DNA of 63,546 nt, filler included, from Intoshia linei (Eukaryota > Animalia > Orthonectida): the NCBI GenBank assembly GCA_001642005.1. It is 4 parts of 4 records of this genome, joined end to end, with 100 filler letters (N's around TTAATTAATTAA, not from the genome) between each part and the next. Parts side by side here need not be neighbours in the genome. Positions count along the whole stretch, not along the records: positions 1 to 12,351 come from LWCA01001084.1; positions 12,452 to 24,459 come from LWCA01001127.1; 2 more parts are not named here. One strand, 5' to 3'. A program made the position numbers and the translations under genes. Below the pieces are notes generated by a model. That model had not been told where the DNA came from, made no database searches, and saw nothing but the letters and a program-made list of their open reading frames with translations. Of the stretch, positions 1 to 15,833 are shown piece after piece (position 1 is the stretch's first letter; every line of letters starts with the position of its first letter).

Positions 1-663
1 ATTGGTTTTAATGTCGAATAATTTTGTCCATGAATTTTTAATATTTAATTTTTTGTTTTCCTCCTTTTTTTGTATTTTAATATTTATACATTTTAATGCA
101 AGTATTGATTTTTCTTATAACCTGTCTTATATCTTGATGAGGAATACTACATTTTTTCCACAAATTTATTAATTCAGTAGCAATTATTTTAACAGTTGAT
201 ACAGCCTTTTGATATTTTAATAAATAGTGATAGCGTCCTAAAATATCAGCATTTGTAGCAAGACTGCTTTTCAAACAGAGAGGTTGATCAATAAAATTTC
301 CATATGCACGGATTTTTGACATTATAACGATATTCAATTCAATTAAAAATAAATTATTTTTGTATGCTCAATAAACTTTTTAAACTTCAACTCAAATTTT
401 GGTTTATCAGAATCGAAAAAATGTGTATTATGAATTTTAATATTTATATAAATTTATATTTTATTAAAATAACAATTTTAAAATTTTAAAAAAATGAATA
501 AACATTAGTTACGATGAACGATAATATGTTCAAAAATTTAAGGGCATAGCCCCAACATTTTTTTAAAGAATTGTAAAACAAGATTAGGTGCAAATTGAAG
601 ACACAATAATTCCTCATACTGTGAGTGGGTACTTTTGATATCAAATTTTGACTTACACCCCTA
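1..663 (-). mobile_element. hATm-like DNA transposon, 5' end with N-terminal transposase remnant
   Basis: On the minus strand it begins TAGGGGTGTAAG at 663. ORF 77..337 (LATNADILGRY...ATELINLWKKCSIPHQ...VIRKI) matches the LPT..DVL...A.EL..IW.KASIP...I..KI N-terminus of TAGGG-ended hAT (hATm-type) transposases. Truncated by the window start. Confidence 0.55.
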
Positions 664-2453
664 GTATATATAGTTATTAATATTTGTACGATTCATAAAT
701 AATTCTGAAAAATATTGGATCCGCCCTACCCGTAATGGAAAATCTTACTAAGAAAAAAGCACTTGACATCCTGTATGTCATTTCTGTATTGATACATTGC
801 ACTAAAATTTAGTAAAAATAGAGTCGAAAAATTATATTTATTTGTTTAATATATATTTAAGTTTATATTGTTTGCTCAAATAATTTTAGTAATTCATTAA
901 GTACAGATTAGATATTTTATTGGTGCAGTTTGAATAAGTTTAATCTATTCCAATTGGAAATTCACAAAGTTCAATTATTGCGCTATAATCCTATCTGTGG
1001 ATGCTCGTCATTGATGGCTGCAGCCCCAGTATCACTGAAAAACTATTCTACTGAAAAATTTCCTTTTTTTTCTTGTGAATGTTGCTTCTCTTTTTGGCAT
1101 TATATTTTAAATTTCAAAAATGAGTTAAAAAATAACGTTTTAAGTTACAGTCAGACCTGTATATATTGAACACTAACTTAAATAAATAACGATGTTCATT
1201 ATAGAGTTTATAGTGAACTTTTATTATCCTTAAAATGCATTGCTTAAAACACTGCTAAACATAATTTTAAATTTACTCATATTTTCACTACAAGAAATTA
1301 TATAAATTGTAATAAAGTCTGCTATTTTGTATGTCCATTTTCCAATTATTGTAAACAAATTCTACGCCCATGTTTTTGGCACCCTAAATTAATTATATAT
1401 TTTCTAATCAATTTATATCAAACTAAATTTCTTTAAAATTATTAATACCAACATTTTTAATTAATAAAACAAATAAACAAAAAAATAATACCCAAAAATA
1501 AGTCTGGAATTCAGTTTGGTTCATGTTATAGGGATATATATTACAGAATGCTAAGAAACTAGAGATAAATGAATTTAAATAAATAAAATCATGTTGTAAT
1601 ATCAAATTGCTTATATCATTAAATTTATAATTGTAAATATTTGTGCTGGTGTGAAATCACAACACTATTGTAAATAACGTCATAACTATTTGTTGTAAAG
1701 TATGTTTATCTAAAACACATAAATATACATTGAAAATATGGTGGAGATAAAAAATTCAATACTTTCAAGGTTAATAAAATTTAATCAAAACAAATGTACA
1801 AATTAAAACACACTTTACTTGCGTCTGTTTCGGGACCTATTTCGGTTTAATACAACATTGTCTAGTATAGTTTCATGAATTTGTAAATAACTTCCTGCCT
1901 TTTTAATATTTGGAATAAATAAATCAACACCGCATTGACTGTTTGATGGTTTTATCCACTGATTTATGGCTCTAAATAAATTAATTTAATTAACAAAAAT
2001 ATAGGATGCATTAATATAGACAATGTTAGTTGCGTGGAACTACACTCAGTACTGAAATTTATATAAAATACCTTTTTTAATAATTAAAACGAAAACCCAG
2101 CATCGTACAATTTTATAAATAATATTTCGAGGGCACCTTCCTTGTAAGAATAGAAAATCAAAGGTTCATCTCTGAAGTTAAAATTTTTAATTAGTTACTT
2201 TAGTTAATATAGTGATAAAGTGAAATAGAGATTTAGGTTAATTTTCTTTAGGTTTGAATATAAACAAATTGTGAAAATATATCATTAACAAGAAAATTAA
2301 ATGATAAGGAAAAAGCGCAATAATTTATATTGATTATTATTCAATATAACATATCGAACATAACATTCCGAAAATACTAAATTATTTCAAATGAGAACAC
2401 GGACCTAATTCAGTTTATATAACCATGAAAAATAATTTTTTATCAATATACAG

Positions 2454-3035
2454 CAGTGATGGCAGCCAACTAAAACTAGGTGTTCTAAATTTAATACTAT
2501 TTTCAGAAATTTTTTTCTAGTGTGTTTTTATTAAAAAAAATATTTGGTAAATCATAACCGTTAATTAAGTCGAACAACTTGATGGTGGAAAATGAGTTAA
2601 AAAAATAATTTTTATATTTATTTAGATTTAAAAAATTGAGCTGCAAGTTTTCAATGGGAGGTTCATAACTTGTTGATTTAACGCTACACAAGCCAAACTA
2701 GTTTCATCGTGAAGTATATTGCTTTTATGATTTTTGACATTATTCACAAGAATATCCATACCCGTAAATGAAAATATAACTTTAGTTAGACATTTCAGAC
2801 TATTAATTGTTTCAGGCATAGAATTCCAAACTTCTCATAACATATTTGATTGGTCAAAGTAGGTAACATCTTCAAATGATTTTGTAATTCTATTTCGTTC
2901 TATTACTTCAATTTCTGATCTCACTTATTTTAGTAATATTTTTTATTTGAGGTGAACTTATATATTTTTTCAAGTGTGTAAAAAAAATGTCAACTGTGTA
3001 TTTTTTACACGCAAACATGTACTTTGCCATCACTG
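2454..3035 (-). mobile_element. Internally deleted hAT (Buster/SPIN-like) element
   Basis: TIRs CAGTGATGGCA/TGCCATCACTG; 8-bp TSD ATATACAG/ATAAACAG (7/8). A frameshifted transposase C-terminus (LHDETSLACVAL/KSTSYEPPIENL) lies in ORFs 2503..2819. Confidence 0.8.
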
Positions 3036-3141
3036 ATAAACAGTATTCTCTCTATGACTCGCCATTCATAGGATCTAGAAAAAGTTGGCGAGATAGAAAA
3101 TTTAGAATTATAGAAAAAGCAAATAAAAGTTTACATTAAAG

Positions 3142-3560
3142 CAGTGCTTCTCATGCGGGTGACTGTGCACCCAAGGGGTGAATAGTTTTATGAGGGGGTG
3201 AATACTAAAATTTTAGATGATTGTGGGTGAATAGGGGTGAATGATAAATTTTTAACATATTTAACATATTATAACATATTTAGTCAAATATGTGAAAAAA
3301 CCAAAATTTTACCAACCCTTAAGGAAAAAATCCTTCTATCAGATCTCGAAAGAAAAAACCCAATTTCACTAACCCTCAAGGAAATAATCCCCTTTTACCA
3401 ATATTTTTTTGAAAAATCCAATTTTATCAAAATTTTATATAGAAATCTATCTGATTCCAAAAGAAAAGACCCAATTTAGATGTTTATTGTACAAAATTGA
3501 CTTAACCCTTTCATACATTCAGTTTAACCAAATTTCAAAATCAAATTTTTTTTTTAAAGT
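3142..3560 (+). mobile_element. hAT-type MITE fragment (CAGTGCTTCTCATG end family)
   Basis: The terminus CAGTGCTTCTCATG is the reverse complement of the ends at 18797 and 53766. The interior consists of degenerate ~30-bp AAAATTTTACCAA-type subrepeats. Confidence 0.65.
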
Positions 3561-4409
3561 TGCTCATCTAATTGATATTCTTACCAATAAAAAAATTATG
3601 GCATATCAGCATTTTAGATGGTTTGTCAGTAGAAATATTGAATTTTCAGTTGATTTAATGGATTGTCAGTATTTAAATTGAACGTTCTGTATAAATTAAA
3701 ACTGACAAAAAATCCTTTTGTAAAATATATTACAATACTCTATTGCAATAATTACATTCTATTTGTTCTCACAAAAAAATATTCTATGGTGTTCACACCA
3801 TAGAATATTTCTAATTTTTTTGTAATATGGTTTGTAGGTATAATATGGTATCTTAATAGTTCAGTTTTAACTTAGGTCTGTAGTGGATGATATAACTCAA
3901 AAACAAAAACTCGATTATATGGTATTATATTACCATTATAGGTTGGTAAAAGTGGATTTTTTCTTTAAAGGTTGGTAAATTTTGATTTTTAGTAAAAATG
4001 GTTGGGTTTAAGAATATTCTCATTAATTATAATCGTCTCACTACATGGTCGTTTGAATGTATATATTTTATATTCATTTATTTTATAAATCAAGCAGTCT
4101 GGGACATTTTGTCCACACACCAAAATATTTGTTACTTATACGAGGTAAATTTTCATGGTCACAATGTTACTTATATCAAGGTTTTATGAAACAATGTTAA
4201 TGTTAATAAAACTAAACTTTAACGTTTAATAAAACGTTCGAACATTACACACCCTTAACATATACCCACCTTTCCGAGTAGACAGACGAAATTTTTGTAA
4301 AAGAAAGTATTGTTTTTCATGTTAACCCATTAACCACAGTAATAATTTACCTGAACACATTAAAACGTTTAATTAAATCGATTCAAATGTTACAAATTTA
4401 ACTACTTTC

Positions 4410-6081
4410 TTAAAAATTGCGAATTTTGCGATGATAAAGTAATTTTTGTTGATAAAGCGGATCAACCATGGCGGTATAATTTTGTGGTTCGCAAAAATTC
4501 TAAATTTTAAATACATTTGAAAAAATATTAATTCACCTTGTACTGATTAAAAAAAGCCTTGTATCCACCTCTAACAATGTACAATTCAGGAAAATACAAT
4601 TTGGGGTAACAATCTCCATTAATGATTCTGTCAATTTCTCTCATAAATCGATACGTTTTGGGTGCTCTTTCCGATGAAAATTCACAGTAAAAAATAATTA
4701 TACAATTTTCATATTTACATTCTGACATCATCAAAGTTTCAATTATACTCTTTTTATTATAGAGATTAATAGCAGACTAAATAAATGAAAATTTGAAGTA
4801 TAAATCTTACTTTTATGTGACCACCTTCGTATTCGTAACAGTATCTGCAATCTACAATGATAATTTTTTTGTTTAGTGGTTTTGATTGTATTTTTGACAA
4901 CTAAATATTCAATTAAACAAATCAACCAAAATTTACCTCTAGAGGAGTAATATAATTCAAATCAATGTGACTACCGGGGACGGTTGGCAGGCTATATGGC
5001 TAATTTTTGAAATTTAGAAAAGATCAAAATAAAATAATCAATTATAATAATCACCTTTGAATAATCCCCAATCCATTTGGTTTTTGTACAATTTTCTTCT
5101 ATTTGAATAATTAACAAATATATCAAAAAAAGTAAAAATTTGTAATTTTCCGTAGTCTGATTAGCAGATTCACGTAAAACTACCTTTAGATGATTCAACT
5201 TATACTGAATCAAAAATTACCTCTCAATAAAGCCTCTTTGGCCCAATGAAGCGATTCCTGTGAATCCATTTTACAAATAGGTGGAATCTAAACATAAATA
5301 AAAAAACATTTTCAAATCCAATACAATATCTTTGAGAATTCTGTTAGTTTTGTAATTGATAAATTTCGATTGACTACGTTGTAAGTAAATTTGAAGTAAT
5401 TTTTGTTTATCCTTAAATTGGAGAGTACTATCTATTGATGAATTCAAATCAACATCAATTGATTGATGAGAAATACATTGTGTATTGATCAAATTTGTTT
5501 GTTCTTGTGAATTATTTAGGGGTCTTTCAGAATTTTCGGGTTCATCGTTCAAAGACACATTGATATCAACGGAAAAGGATGAATTGAAAGAATCAAATAA
5601 CTAAAAATATAATTAGCATAAATAAAATTAAAATAAAATACAAATAATTTATATTTTAGTTTTAATCCGCCAATTTTAATTTTACAGACCAAGTCATGAC
5701 TCATGACTCTTTTTGTCATGAATTTTATTAAAATGTTGAAAACAAAACAATTATCTTGTAAAAATAGTTAAAAATCATCACTATAAAATGTGTATTTCAT
5801 AATTATATTTAATAAAAAGTAACATACCGATTCCATGGACGGAGGTTGAGAATTGAAATTTTGACGACAAAAATGTAATGATTTTTTATTTTTAAGATCT
5901 ATAAAAAATGGTTTTATTAACCTTTTTAACCATTAATACATTTACCTTTAAAACGATTTAATTTAAAAGGGAAAACAATGTCTTGAGATGGTTTATGAGT
6001 TCTTTTAGAATTTTCAAGTTTTAAATCATAGCAAATTCCGCTATCTTGAGAAGTTTCATCAATGTTAATATTTTCCGTCAT
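4410..6081 (-). CDS. cdc25: Cdc25 M-phase inducer dual-specificity phosphatase (multi-exon)
   Basis: Spliced exons give [69 protein letters not shown] and CEPQNY. The N-terminal ETSQDSGIC is degron-like. Stop TAA at 4410-4412; start ATG at 6081 is the best guess. Confidence 0.93.
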
Positions 6082-7649
6082 TTTTACAAATGTCTAGATG
6101 TAAAATTAATCTTCAATAAACAATACATTTGTCTCGTGGCACAACCGGATAGATACATGTTATATATAGTATCGCAATAAAAATTTTTCATTACCAGTTT
6201 GAAAAATTAAAAATTGCGACGAGGAAAAATGGAAATGTAGACATTTACTAGTTATTCATCTCAATTTATGCGACATGAGTATAAATGTATTATTTCATAC
6301 GAAATAAAAATCATCCATTTGAAACAAATTGTATGTTGATTCAATTTATTAATCAATAAATTTTCATTCATACGCACGTCAAAAGGAATAAATTTAATTT
6401 AACTAATGATTATAACTATAAAAACATTCTAAACCAAATTTATGATGTAAGACATTATAAGCTATTGTATATCTAAATTAAGTTATAACGCTTATAAGCT
6501 GTCAAGTCTAGACTATATACCTATTGGTGGCGAGGGGCTATGGCATTACAAATAGTTTTCTAAAATTATTAGGGGCTCAAGTATATTACATTCGACTTTG
6601 CCAAGTTTTCCATTTATTTTTCAATTATCAAGAAAAATAGAAAAGTGGTCACCCAGGGTGACCATTGGCCATGAAAATTGTCCAAACAAATAAATGTCCT
6701 ATAGAAATATCAAAAAAAGTTTCAGCCAATCATACAAAACCTTTTTCAAAAATTATATATTTTTCTAGAATAGTAGACCCTCTTCGGGCATCGGCGAAAT
6801 TTTTATAAAAAAGGGCTATTTCAAAATTGAACATTAAAAAATTATATTCTTGAATATTATAACTATTGTGTTAAATTTAAAATGTCGGAAAGTCTTGAAA
6901 AAATTGCTGGGGTTTTTTATTTGAATTCATTCCATAAAATAAAGATATATTTTTAAATTTTTGTATGGTATCTTTAAAATGGCAAGCGTCTTCGTAAATT
7001 TTTGTCTAATTTAATTATTTTTTTTTTATTGTCATTTTTGATTAATTACTAAACTTTTTCAGATCCTGCACTTAATTTTTAACATTTTGTCACACCCCAA
7101 TACAGGTCATATGGACACATCCCCTATCTACGGGCCTGACCCTATATAATAAAAATTAATACCTAAGTTAAGTTAAATTCATAAAACTTCCAAAAAAATT
7201 AAGTGGTAGTTTCTGATTAATATAAATCAACGTGAGAAATGGAATATAAAATTTGTATTTTAAAAAACGTGTATTCTTTGTTTATATTCAACATTTTTTC
7301 GTCATATTCATATTGAACACAAAATCCTTGATAATTTTCAAAAATTGGAGTTATTTAAACATTCACATCTGTGATAATACCAAATACCATTAATAACCGA
7401 TTCTTAATGTAAACCAGCAAAATAGTACTGCAATACGATCTGAAACACGATTCCAAGTATTTGTCAGAATTAAATTTGGTTAAAAACTTACTATGTGGTT
7501 GTCATTAATGAAAATTTAAGATTCATGAGGATAAGCGTTGCAGAATGTTGAACTTTATAGCGGAAGCAAAAATTTTAAAAATTTAAAATTGAATAAAGCA
7601 AAAAAGTCCTGAAATAATAATATTTAAGTAACATTTATTAGAATTTATT

Positions 7650-7905
7650 GGTCGTCGCAGTGGCTAGGGAAATATGCCCCGGTCTACAATCATGAGGGCC
7701 TACTTTTTAAATTTATTTATAAGTAACGTTGGAAATTAAGTACATTATACCAAAATTATCGTATAAAAAATGTTCTATGTGGTTTCCAACGGTTATTTTT
7801 AATTTTTAGATAATGAACGATCGATTAAGCAATGTATAGTTGTCCCATTTTTAAAAAAATTTTTTATACATGTATAGCGTCTACATTTTCCATCTGGCCC
7901 TGGTC
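7650..7905 (+). mobile_element. Dispersed MITE family (GTCTACAATCATGAGGGCCTAC core)
   Basis: Related copies at about 12452-12690, 36357-36480 and 58942-59229 share the GC-rich core and the downstream AT-rich body. Confidence 0.6.
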
Positions 7906-9299
7906 TAAAGTGGTTCGCTAAAAATTTAACGTGTAATCACAGGTACGTGTTAAAAAGCGTTTGGGAACCTTGCTATAAACTAAAATAGTATCTATGAAAT
8001 GAACATAACACATAGGGTCCCTTTCAGCTTAAGTAAACCAGTTACACTGTAGTCTTCAATTAAAACATGAAACCAACAATTTCTATATAGTTGAAATAAT
8101 CACAAAGAAAATCTGATTTAAATGATTGTGAAAGACAATTGAAATAATCAAATATTTACCTAAATAATTATAAAAAGTTACCCTTAAAAAAATGCATTTG
8201 CCTATTGCATCATTCTTACAAAATAATGAAATGTATAAATGTTTAAAAATAGCGCAACTATACATGTCTAGACAAACGAGGCATTGAGGTCTACATTAAC
8301 CAACAATATGGTAAAATGATTCAATTTATAATAAATATTAACGGCAATGATTGCTTTTAAAATTTATCGACTAAAATCAGCAAATGAAGCATAAACGTAC
8401 ATGGACCGATAAGTTACTTGTACAGAATAGTTAATTAACAATTAAAGAAAAAAATTGCAAATAAACTAATTTATAATAGTTAATTAAAAATTACCACTCA
8501 ATTTTTCAAATTTTAGAAACAATAAATCAATTTAAAATTTAAATGAAATGATCGATAAAATATAAATATAAATTACAACTTGTACTTTTGTAATAGAAAT
8601 TATTAGAAATCACAAAAATTTCTCTGTGAAATATAATTAATATGCCAATATGAAATAATCAAAAAGGAATTTCACATATTGTATATCAACTCTGGATTAG
8701 AATGGGAGTTACATGAATGTGAGAAAAAATTACCAAAATTCAGTGCAATGATCAAGTTTAAAAATGAATAATGAATATAAAAATTGTTATTTACACAACC
8801 TACATAAATGTAACATTAAATTACTTACCGCAGCTTGCATTCGTTTTACACAAGTAAGGATTAGTAATTAGATGAGAATATCAAACAATAAATACACTTT
8901 TTCCTCCTCAACCTTTCATCGTTTTTAGCTTGATTCATTTACTTTTGACTAATCGTGTCACGTGAATATTATTCAATTATAAATGTAATTTTTATTCCAA
9001 TCATTTTATAAAAACGATTGTCAAAAATTCGTTTAATTATTCACAATAAAATATGGCATTTTATCTGCTGCAATTAAAATTTTTTGTAACGTTATATTTA
9101 TACAATTGAATTATTTTGCTGATCGATTAAATTATGTGAATTACCTGGTCCAAGAATATTCTTCATTTTTAGATTTATTAATTTTATTTTCCTATACTTA
9201 TTAAATGATAAGACATTGGCGCAAATGTTTAATTTATTAGCAAAGAGCGTTAGAAACGGATATACATGTCAACATTTAATATTATTCAATGACAGGTTT

Positions 9300-12200
9300 T
9301 TAGGTTAATTTTATATATACTTTGGATTTGGAAAAAACTCGTATCCCTTCTTCGATATCATTTAATTTGCTGTACAAATTTTCCTTTACAGTCCTAAGGT
9401 GCATTGTGTCGTTTCGTATTGGTAATGAATTTAGTTTGGATAAGATATCTGCTTTAGCTAAAGAAATTTTTTAATAAAAAATTTATGAGGAAAAAAATCT
9501 ACTCTGTGGCTTTTTATGTGTCAGGCAAGGTTATTCAGAGTAAAACGAAATATTGATGTTAAAAAATTGGCCGTCTACTAAAATCCACCATTTTTACTAA
9601 AAATCAAAATTTACCAACCCTTTAAGGATTTCCACTCGTTTGATTTTCCAATACATTAAAATGTGGAAAGTCCCAAAATTTGGGTCCAGAAAATATTGAC
9701 AAATTTTAAAATTTTGAATAAACAATACAAATACATTTGCATGGGTTCTCAATTATTAATTAGACTTTTTTGGGGTAAACGCAAAAGCAAGAAAGGAGTT
9801 ATGTTTCGAGAAATATATCCGATTAAAATTTTTGAGAAATATTAATAGAAATAGCAAGAAATTATGAAACATAAATTGTCCAGTGGCCAGTTTCTACTGA
9901 TGAGTTCATCATAATAATGATAGACGAGTAATTGCAGAAATGCATATACAGTATAACCCGATTTGGGTAAGTTTTTCTTCATCACGTTAATTTCATAGTA
10001 CAGTGAAACATCCCATAACGGTGAAAATCAGGAATTCAAATTCTAGTTGTAATTTTTTTAAATTTATCAAAAGGGGATAACGAAAAAAGAATAACGGAGG
10101 TTTTGAATAAAAATCATAAGATGTAAAGTTTTTTTGAGCGAATAACATAATCGGCCAAGTGTCGATTCCACTGTGTTTTGTGAAATATCAAATCATCATA
10201 GTTTGGGTCATTTTTTTATTTTAAAAAAGTAAAAAATTTAATATATTTATTTATGGGAAATTTTCAAAATAGGTAAAATACATATCAAAACGAGGTCATA
10301 ATGTATATGTGATATTAACGGTCAAATGTCAACAAGTATGCAATAAAATTCATGGAAAATGAGAGAATTAGAGAGTACTGTTTTCATTACAATATAAATT
10401 GGTAAATGAAAAGTTGGTAGACCCTAATTTAAGGTTAATAAATCAGGGTGAATTCAATAAAAATAAAACTTAAAAAAAGTAAATGCATTTAAAATTACAT
10501 TTTTCGAAATCTTGCAATGTTTCTAATCGATCTTTACTATCCATCAGCTTATAACCTTCTCGGTGACCACTGTTCTTCAATTCCCTTATGCGATTTTCTT
10601 CTTCGGATTTTCTTTTATTTATCTCATTAATACTAGAAAGTTATTAATAAATTTGTAAATTTTAAAATGTTAACAATAAAATTAGTAGTGGAAATCAATT
10701 AGACCAGGGGTTTCCACACTTTTTTCACGGTGGACGAGTAAAAAAATACAAATATAAATATTTTCAAAAAAATTTTCACGGACCGGCATTTGGGAAACGT
10801 TGAATTAGATGAATGACGATTTCGTGATCTTCCTTCATATTTCATATCTATTAATCTTATTATTTAATGTAAAAATTTTCTCAAATTAATCATGACAATG
10901 TAGAAATTTTTTTATTCTTGTATAATATAAGAAAGGTTTATATTTCACGTCAGCTTTTACCTAGTTATTAATGAACCGTCGACAGGGTTCAGTGCTCGAC
11001 TCAGTTGCAAAAAAGAACCAAAAACTGTAACATCACATTAAAAAGATGCGATCATTAAAAGTTTACCCAATGTTTGAATTTGAGACATTAAATTAGGGTA
11101 AATGTTTTTTAAAAAAAAGGGTTTTTGTTTTTATCGAATTTTTTAATTGTATAGTTTAGAACAACATTTCCCATAATTAAGTGATAATCTTAAATCGATC
11201 CTCTTTTTAAATTATTTTATAATCTTGTTTTGCTAATTATTCTAAATGTTTCCATCATAAATATACTAAGTATTAGTAAATTAATACATTGTACTTTATA
11301 TTTTTTGGTCAACTACTGTTATTATATGATTGCAAATTGAAACAATATTCACATGTTCAATTTACATTTTTACACGACAAAGTGATTGTGAATACAAATG
11401 CAAATATTTTTTGTTTGTACTTTGATAATTATCTAATAATTTGTTGTATTTTTTGAGTAGTAAATCAAACAAATGTCACAATAGCTTAATGGTGAGAATT
11501 TTGAAATTTAGAACGGAAACACTTGAAATATCATTACATTCCTTAATAATGCAACAAACAAAGGTTTTTATGCGAAACTCAATCATCTCTGAAAAAAATA
11601 TTAAAAACTGGTTGTAAATTATGCAAACGGGTATTTGTGGCCCAGTGGTCACTGGCTCACGACCCAATGTGATTTAATAATTATAGAATATAAAAAATTT
11701 TATACATTCATCATATTTTATATCGTAAATAATTACTATTTAGGCACAATCCCTAATTTATGATGTTTTTTAGCATCAATATTTTCAGTAGGTTTTGATA
11801 TAGATTTAATCTTTGTTTTACGTGCATTCACTCCATTTTCGTGTATATAATCTTTATTATTACGTATAAGATTCACCTAACATTAATTTATAATTTATTA
11901 TTCGAACAGCAGCCCTAATTAATTAGTTATAGATAGTCAAGTATAGCGGAACCTACCAAGCTCGAGGCCATCCGAAAATGAAACTTAGGGCCCTAATCAA
12001 ACATATCAAACGGTATTAACCGACATTTAAAATTTAACACACAATATACTAGTGCGCGTCACATAATTAGCATAAAATTTTTGATATTGAAGATAAATCT
12101 ACTAAATTATTTTTCCGTAATGTAGACATGTGTATTTTCTATAAAATATGTGAAAATAGGGGAATAATTATGTTTTTAAGATTTAAGAATTAATATTTAG

Positions 12201-12997
12201 TGAAAACATTTTGTGTCACATAATTAGAATAAGCCCGCAAATTGTAGTTTAATATAAGGAAACGACAATAATTTGTTAATAAACATGGGTAAAAATGTTG
12301 ATATTACATCTGAATTGAAATCACAGATTATGGCTTTGTCTATCGCAGGAANNNNNNNNNNNNNNNNNNNNNNNNNNNNNNNNNNNNNNNNNNNNTTAAT
12401 TAATTAANNNNNNNNNNNNNNNNNNNNNNNNNNNNNNNNNNNNNNNNNNNNCATATGTCCCGTGTCTACAATCATGAGGGCCTACTTTTTTAATTTATTA
12501 ATAGGAATTGATGAAAAATTTCTTAAGTATATCATAATTTTGATAATGCGATTTCCAATGGTTATTTTTAATTTTTACATAATGAACGTTCGATTAATTA
12601 ATGTATAGCGGTCTATTTTGAAAATTATGTTTATATGGGCCTATACTTTTTATCGAGTTTGGGCCTAATGCTGGCTCTCCACGGCCATTATTATGACCAA
12701 ATTAGTTTAATTCTTAAATTGTATACGTTTAATTTAAGTAAATAGTTAAAATTTTATTTATAATTGATATTATATTAATTGATTTTTGTCATTAAGGTCA
12801 ATATTTGGGGTGCATAGGTCAAAAAAGGTTAAGAACCACTAATATTGTAAGGTCATAATGTCATGAAATTAAAAAATCTGCCAAGATTGAATTGAAATTA
12901 CCCATTTATCATTTAAAATTGTTGTAGCACTCAGATTCAAAAATGCCATACCGAAATCCCTCTTCCAGAGAATGGTCCTCTATGAAATTTTCGATAT
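9300..12997 (-). CDS. ENKD1: Enkurin domain-containing protein (5' end uncertain)
   Basis: Exons ~11738-11876, ~10501-10632 and 9300-~9459 splice in phase to DYIHENGVNARK...GIVPKYINE...GHREGYKLMDSKDRLETL...LNSLPIRNDTMHL...LNDIEEGIRVFSKSKVYIKLT*, the enkurin domain of ENKD1. A further exon near 12950-12997 is probable. Confidence 0.85.
10705..10802. mobile_element. Tiny Buster-type hAT MITE
   Basis: Ends CAGGGGTTTCC and GGGAAACGTTG; TSD AATTAGAC/AATTAGAT. Confidence 0.7.
12050..12351 (+). mobile_element. Tc1-like transposon 5' end, truncated by a gap
   Basis: Terminus TAGTGCGCGTCACATAATTAG with an internal direct repeat of GTCACATAATTAG at ~12214. ATG at 12285 gives MGKNVDITSELKSQIMALSIAG, a Tc1 N-terminal HTH start. 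Confidence 0.6.
12352..12451. other. Scaffold gap with TTAATTAATTAA spacer
   Basis: N44-TTAATTAATTAA-N44. The same structure occurs at 24460-24559 and 52962-53061; this is an assembly artefact. Confidence 0.95.
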
Positions 12998-13275
12998 CTA
13001 TTTTTGAGTAAAATTTATAATAAAGTCCAGAGTTTGGAGATTATAAGATATTTAAAAATGGAGAACAAGTTTAAATTTGACCTGTCGGAATAATTACGGT
13101 TAACTGTAAGTTTTGGGATCCTAGATCACGAATTAATAAAAAAAATGTCCATACGATTGATACTATTTTTAATACAAATAGTTTTTGCATTGCTAAATTT
13201 TTATTTAGAACATCCGAAATATGAATAAATCACCACCAATGTTATTTGTAAACTAATAAATGTTTAATAAACAAT

Positions 13276-15348
<2,073 letters not shown>

Positions 15349-15833
15349 TTTTAATCTACAATTTTAAAGGGCAGGGTGATCTTTATTAATTTATATGGCA
15401 ATACAATGTATTAGAAAATGAATAAATAATTTAACACGTCGGAAAAAGTCATAACAATTGTTTAAATAAACTTTTTAAACATGATATTTAAAATTATTAA
15501 AACTCATATTTTTGTGGATCTTTGGTCAATTCATAACCTACCATCCCCTCCTCGGATAGGTTTCGACGAAATTTTTTAATTTTCGCAGCCCCTTAATCTA
15601 GTTTGTAAGAATCATCGCTAAAATTACCATTTATCAGATTTTTTACGTGACTTAAATTTGTACCGACAGTTCAGGTTTTTAACCCGTCCATGAATGATTT
15701 TTGTTGTCCTATGAATTCTTAATACCAACATATTGAGATAAATCATTTTATAGTTTATTTTTTAACAATACAATTATATGAAAATTTAAAAATATATTCA
15801 TAATTGCCTTTAAAGTTTTTATAATTATACATT

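Noticed and set aside
1819-1971. TGF-beta prodomain with a furin site
   Set aside because: No cysteine-knot mature domain could be found downstream in any frame.
9875-9945. Hammerhead-ribozyme-like CTGATGAG followed by a stem-loop
   Set aside because: The essential GAAA is replaced by GAGT, and stem I cannot form without using core nucleotides.
12396-12407. TTAATTAATTAA palindrome recurring three times
   Set aside because: It is always centred in identical N-runs, so it is an artificial six-frame-stop gap spacer.
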